Shown here in pieces: positions 8,239 to 11,534 of a stretch of 11,534 nucleotides of DNA. The notes under the pieces are model-generated. The model worked only from the letters and a program-made list of their open reading frames with translations. It was not told the origin of the DNA and did not search any database. The stretch comes from an uncultured Dehalococcoidia bacterium (lineage in GTDB: Bacteria; Chloroflexota; Dehalococcoidia; Lucifugimonadales; UBA3495), in assembly GCA_950072105.1 (NCBI GenBank), contig CATMOE010000086.1:1-11534 (forward strand), in the 5' to 3' direction. The translations under genes were made by a program, and so were the position numbers. The first letter of the stretch is position 1, and each line of letters begins with the position of its first letter.

Positions 8239-8460
8239 ATGAAGGTCTACACCTATTCTGAGGCAAGGCAGAGTCTTGCTTCCGTCCTCGAAGAAGCTCA
8301 TAGGGAATGGGCGGTTGGGATTCGGCGCAAAGATGGGCGGGTGTTTGTCATCCGGCCGGAGCCTTCCAAAGGGTCCCCTCTGGACATAAAGGGTATGGAT
8401 CTGGGTGTGGCCACAGATGAGATTGTCGGATTCATTAGGGAAAGCCGTCGCGAGCCGTAG
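8239..8460 (+). CDS. Phd/YefM-family type II antitoxin
   Basis: N-terminal MKVYTYSEARQSLASVLEEA...VGIRRKDGRVFVI pattern, 73 aa, strong GGAGGTG RBS. Confidence 0.85.
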   Translation: MKVYTYSEARQSLASVLEEAHREWAVGIRRKDGRVFVIRPEPSKGSPLDIKGMDLGVATDEIVGFIRESRREP

Positions 8461-8594
8461 ATCCCCAGCCGGGCCGCCGAGGCGCTGGAGAACGTCAACG
8501 CCGGCCATGAGAGGAAGCTGAATAATCTGGCTGAATCGCCGGACGGGTACAGCTAGTTAAAAGCAGAGGTCACGTAGGTGTGGCCAGCGGCCCT

Positions 8595-8951
8595 CTACGG
8601 CAACTGCAGCAGTTGCAAAATATTCCCGTCGGGGTCTTTTAGGGTGGCGATCCAGCCTCCCCAGTGTTCCATTTCCGGGGGGCGGATGAATTCTACGTCT
8701 TGGTCCGCCAGGCGCTGACAGATGGCGTGGATGTCCTGAACGCCTAGGTGGGGCATCACCCGGTAAGGGTCGCGGGATGTTCCTTCCACTTCCCCGTGCA
8801 GGCCGATGTTGAAGCGGATGTCTCCCAGCTGGAAGGCGATGAAGTCTTCGTGGCGGGAATGTAGAGGCAGTTGCAACAGGTCGTGGTAGAAGTGGAACAT
8901 CCGCTCCAGGTCATCGGTCCAGATGGTTATTCCTACAACGCCGGTAATCAT
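8595..8951 (-). CDS. VOC/glyoxalase family protein
   Basis: DDLERMFHFYHDLL, VQDIHAICQRL..GVEF-like segment and WGGWIATLKDPDGNILQL. Confidence 0.9.
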   Translation of the reverse strand: MITGVVGITIWTDDLERMFHFYHDLLQLPLHSRHEDFIAFQLGDIRFNIGLHGEVEGTSRDPYRVMPHLGVQDIHAICQRLADQDVEFIRPPEMEHWGGWIATLKDPDGNILQLLQLP

Positions 8952-8985
8952 TTTAGCGATCAGCGCTCAGATTTCAGCGATCAGC
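8951..8985. repeat. Degenerate heptamer array (5 copies) abutting the VOC start codon
   Basis: TTTTAGC GATCAGC GCTCAGA TTTCAGC GATCAGC. Confidence 0.85.
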
Positions 8986-9031
8986 CGGTTGGGCCGCGAG
9001 TATCGGGGCAGTTGGAGTCGTTCGCTAACGG

Positions 9032-9478
9032 CTATGCGGTCTGGGCGGCTCGTTTGGCGGCGGCGCAACTGGGGCACCACCCGTAGAAGTCTACCCGCTG
9101 CCAAGCGACTTCGAATTGGGACTCCTTGGAGATGCGATTTCTAAGGCGAAGGACCGCGTCCTGCCCGGTGTCGGTGTCGATGACGGTCTCGCATTGGATG
9201 CAGACCAGATTGACGTGGGGTTCCATGTTTGCTTCGTACCGGGACATCTTCTGGAAGGGCAGTTCCTGAATCAGGCCGCTCCTCTGCAGAACACCTAGTG
9301 TCGAGTAGATAGTGGCTAGGGTCATGGACGGGAAATGGTCTTTCACCCGCTCGAATATCTGTTGGACCGATGGATGGTCGGTGGAGTTGAGTACCGCCTC
9401 GGCGATGGCGAGACGTTGCGGCGTTACCCGGACTTCCCACTCCCTCAATCGCTCCACTAGCTCTTGTTGGGTCAACAT
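9032..9478 (-). CDS. Fur family transcriptional regulator, PerR-like
   Basis: RVTPQRLAI, DHPS, SMTLATIYSTL, HVNLVCIQC and FYGWCPSC (two CxxC Zn motifs). GGAG RBS. Confidence 0.92.
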   Translation of the reverse strand: MLTQQELVERLREWEVRVTPQRLAIAEAVLNSTDHPSVQQIFERVKDHFPSMTLATIYSTLGVLQRSGLIQELPFQKMSRYEANMEPHVNLVCIQCETVIDTDTGQDAVLRLRNRISKESQFEVAWQRVDFYGWCPSCAAAKRAAQTA

Positions 9479-9558
9479 AAATACTCCAAGGCACTTGGCC
9501 TAGTAGTAGTGAATAGCGTGACTACGGGATACTTCCAAGTCAGGCCGAACTGCTCTTC

Positions 9559-9587
9559 ACTATAACGGGAATCCATGGACCTGGCAA
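9559..9587 (-). promoter_or_regulatory. Sigma70-type promoter for the Fur/PerR-VOC genes
   Basis: Minus strand reads TTGCCA-N17-TATAGT. Confidence 0.6.
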
Positions 9588-9708
9588 GCGAAATGCCGCA
9601 TCCCATGGTCGTAATACGTGCATGAGGTGAATGGATTCGAGCAACACTCAAAGAGCTGGCAACGCTTCTTTAAGTTCGTGGCCTGGTGGCGTAGAGGCAA
9701 CGGTTACC

Positions 9709-9737
9709 TTGAAACCCAATGCCGCCTGGGATATGCT
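9709..9737 (+). promoter_or_regulatory. Sigma70-type promoter for tRNA-Ser
   Basis: TTGAAA-N17-TATGCT, 10 nt upstream of the tRNA. Confidence 0.65.
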
Positions 9738-9747
9738 GGTTGATTGT

Positions 9748-9837
9748 GGAGAGATGGCTGAGCGGACGAAAGCGCCGGTCTCGAAAACCGGTATACGGGC
9801 GACTGTATCGTGGGTTCGAATCCCACTCTCTCCGCCA
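9748..9837 (+). tRNA. tRNA-Ser (anticodon CGA)
   Basis: GGAGAGA/TCTCTCC acceptor stem, G discriminator plus encoded CCA, anticodon arm CCGGT-CT-CGA-AA-ACCGG (CGA at 9782-9784), long variable arm, GGTTCGAATCC T arm. Confidence 0.98.
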
Positions 9838-9906
9838 GTTTTGAGGCTACTCTTTCCTGTAATGCGTTCACTCCGATGGTTGAAGTTGCGGACAAGATTC
9901 AATGTG

Positions 9907-10533
9907 TTAGCGCAGGAGTGCCGCCAGTTGCTGTTTGACCGCCGGCCACTCTGCATCCAAGATCGAAAACACTGCCGAATCCCGGATAGTGCCGTCGGTT
10001 GCCACTCGATCTCCCCGTACCACGCCATCTAACTGCGCGCCCAACCGCTCAATGGCGTTGCGTGAGCGTTCATTGCGGGCGTCGGTTTGTAGACGAACCC
10101 GATGAACCAGCCAAGTTTCAAAGGCGTGAGTTAGCATGAGCAGCTTGGCCTCCGTGTTTATACCCGTCCGCTGAGCATCAGGCCCAAGCCAAGTCGCGCC
10201 GATCTCCACCACGTCCGGCAATCGCTTGCCACGTTGCCGCGGGTTCCCGGCGGGCCAGTCCCAGAACTGCACGTTAAGAAACCGGGTTGAACCGACGACG
10301 TGTTCAGCCTTGCGATCGATCGTCGCGAATGGAAGTATGGTCCCTGAATCTTTACCGGCCAATGCTGTCTCTACATATAGACGCATGGCAGCCGTATCGT
10401 CTGGAACCGTTGTAAGAGTGAACGTTTCTCGAGATCCACTTGCAGCCTGAACCAAACCAGGGACATGGTCCAGGGAAAGGGGTTCGAGCCGAACATGGCG
10501 TCCTTGAAGTGTGACGGGGTCTAACATATCCAT
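9907..10533 (-). CDS. GNAT family N-acetyltransferase (RimJ/RimL-like)
   Basis: PVTLQGRHVRLEPL, VVGSTRF, EIGATWL..AQRTGINTEAKLLML.HAFE, TDARNERSRNAIERLGA and DGTIRDSAVFSIL. Confidence 0.93.
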   Translation of the reverse strand: MDMLDPVTLQGRHVRLEPLSLDHVPGLVQAASGSRETFTLTTVPDDTAAMRLYVETALAGKDSGTILPFATIDRKAEHVVGSTRFLNVQFWDWPAGNPRQRGKRLPDVVEIGATWLGPDAQRTGINTEAKLLMLTHAFETWLVHRVRLQTDARNERSRNAIERLGAQLDGVVRGDRVATDGTIRDSAVFSILDAEWPAVKQQLAALLR

Positions 10534-10727
10534 AAGCCCCTAGTCTAAGGTGTAGCTTAGAACTCTACCGCAGCCAGGGCAGACGGACGGTCCCGAGCCG
10601 CGGAACGGCCCCACGCAGGTCGGGCAATCGTCCTCGTAGCGAGCATGCTTCGCTTACTGGGCCGAACCCTTGTTACGCTCCGAGTCGGCTAGGCTACGGT
10701 TTTGACTAGGCCCTAGATACAGCTAAC

Positions 10728-11447
10728 CTAGAAATCGCGCTGGCCGAACATCCGGATGCCCAGGGGCGGGAGGACGACCAGTGGGAAGAAGAGGGCAACC
10801 AGGAAGGGGAAGTGGAGGGACCACTCGAACTCTCCTTGCAGCAAGGCTGGTATACGACCCAGGACCCCCGACGGGGAGAACCCATCGGCCTGGATGGTCA
10901 ATAGCATCGTGATGGCGGTATACCACAATATGTAAATCATCGCCAAAGAGCCGGGGGTATTGGTGACAACGGCGCTGAAGGTAACGCTCAGGAAAACCAG
11001 CACGGTAAAGAGCAGCCCGGTGTACATAAGAGCAATGAGAATCCCGCTGGAAGCCAAGTCGTTGGAGAGTCCGCCGCCCATCATGGCGAAAGCGACCGGA
11101 GTGATGACGAGCAAGGACATGCCCAGTACGGTAAGAGCCCGGGCGGTCAGCAGGGACAGCACGAACTGGGCGGGGGTGACCCCGTGGCTGATGATGGAAT
11201 CGCCCAAGGTCCTGGGGTCGATGCCGCCTGAGGCGGAGCTGATAATCATGACCATGAAGCTCCCCAGAGCCACGTACAGCAGCAGGAACCAGCCCAATAT
11301 GAACGAGGTGCTTTCCTGGTCGAAGGTCGCTGCGAATACTACGCCTGCCAAGCCTCCCGCGCCGCTGATAGCCAGCCACATCCACACCGTCCAAGAACGC
11401 ATCATGGCCGCCAGGTCTTCTTCCAGTAAGATCATGAACGGGGTCAT
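10728..11447 (-). CDS. ABC-2 type transporter permease
   Basis: About six hydrophobic segments and a TLGDSIISHGVTPAQFVLS loop resembling the ABC-2 permease motif. Translationally coupled (ATGA) to an upstream ORF. Confidence 0.7.
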   Translation of the reverse strand: MTPFMILLEEDLAAMMRSWTVWMWLAISGAGGLAGVVFAATFDQESTSFILGWFLLLYVALGSFMVMIISSASGGIDPRTLGDSIISHGVTPAQFVLSLLTARALTVLGMSLLVITPVAFAMMGGGLSNDLASSGILIALMYTGLLFTVLVFLSVTFSAVVTNTPGSLAMIYILWYTAITMLLTIQADGFSPSGVLGRIPALLQGEFEWSLHFPFLVALFFPLVVLPPLGIRMFGQRDF

Positions 11448-11534
11448 ACCTTCTGCTCCTCCGCCACGTCGTGGGCTCCGTTCGCTTGCCCCTCCGCCAC
11501 GTCGTGGGCTCCGTTCGCTTGCCCCTCCGCCACG
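11444..11534 (-). CDS. 3' end of the upstream gene (partial), possibly the ABC ATP-binding subunit
   Basis: Open frame reads VAEGQANGAHD VAEGQANGAHD VAEEQKV*, with its TGA overlapping the permease ATG. Product inferred from context only. Confidence 0.55.
   Translation of the reverse strand, partial: VAEGQANGAHDVAEGQANGAHDVAEEQKV
11458..11534. repeat. 33-bp perfect tandem repeat (at least 2.3 copies, runs off the window)
   Basis: CCTCCGCCACGTCGTGGGCTCCGTTCGCTTGCC at 11458-11490 and 11491-11523, with a partial copy at 11524-11534. Confidence 0.95.

Noticed and set aside
9631..10032. ORFs 9631-10032 (+), 9648-10028 (-) and 9704-9895 (-)
   Set aside because: They overlap tRNA-Ser, and the two longer ones also overlap the GNAT gene; spurious translations.
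10723..11394. 223-aa Arg/His-rich minus-strand ORF
   Set aside because: Alternate frame of the permease gene with frameshift-like composition.
11458..11534. CRISPR repeat, or att duplication of the tRNA 3' end (CTCCGCCA)
   Set aside because: Copies are head-to-tail with no spacers, and the 8-bp match to the tRNA end is expected by chance in GC-rich DNA.

Overview
GC-rich bacterial window; the gene content (short FtsY with no acidic domain, cytoplasmic NHL propeller, PuuE-like deacetylase, GlcG) suggests Chloroflexota/Dehalococcoidia (SAR202-like), which is inference only. Left to right: a 5'-partial PGF-pre-PGF-like ORF; a structured GC-rich spacer; one 398-aa ORF joining the N-terminal part of FtsY in frame to the C-terminal part of an M20/M28/M42-type metallopeptidase; minus-strand NHL-repeat, polysaccharide-deacetylase-family, GlcG/HbpS, GDCCVxC-type and BtuF-like genes; divergent folD and queA; an apparently orphan Phd/YefM antitoxin; minus-strand VOC and Fur/PerR genes; tRNA-Ser(CGA); a GNAT acetyltransferase; an ABC permease; and a 33-bp coding tandem repeat at the right edge. 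Two things stand out. (1) The FtsY::peptidase junction at about 1311-1322 leaves both halves without essential motifs and is most likely an assembly chimera or rearrangement. (2) A dispersed family of GCTGANN/NNTCAGC heptamer arrays occupies five intergenic spacers, twice as inverted arms and once as a perfect 10-copy tandem.
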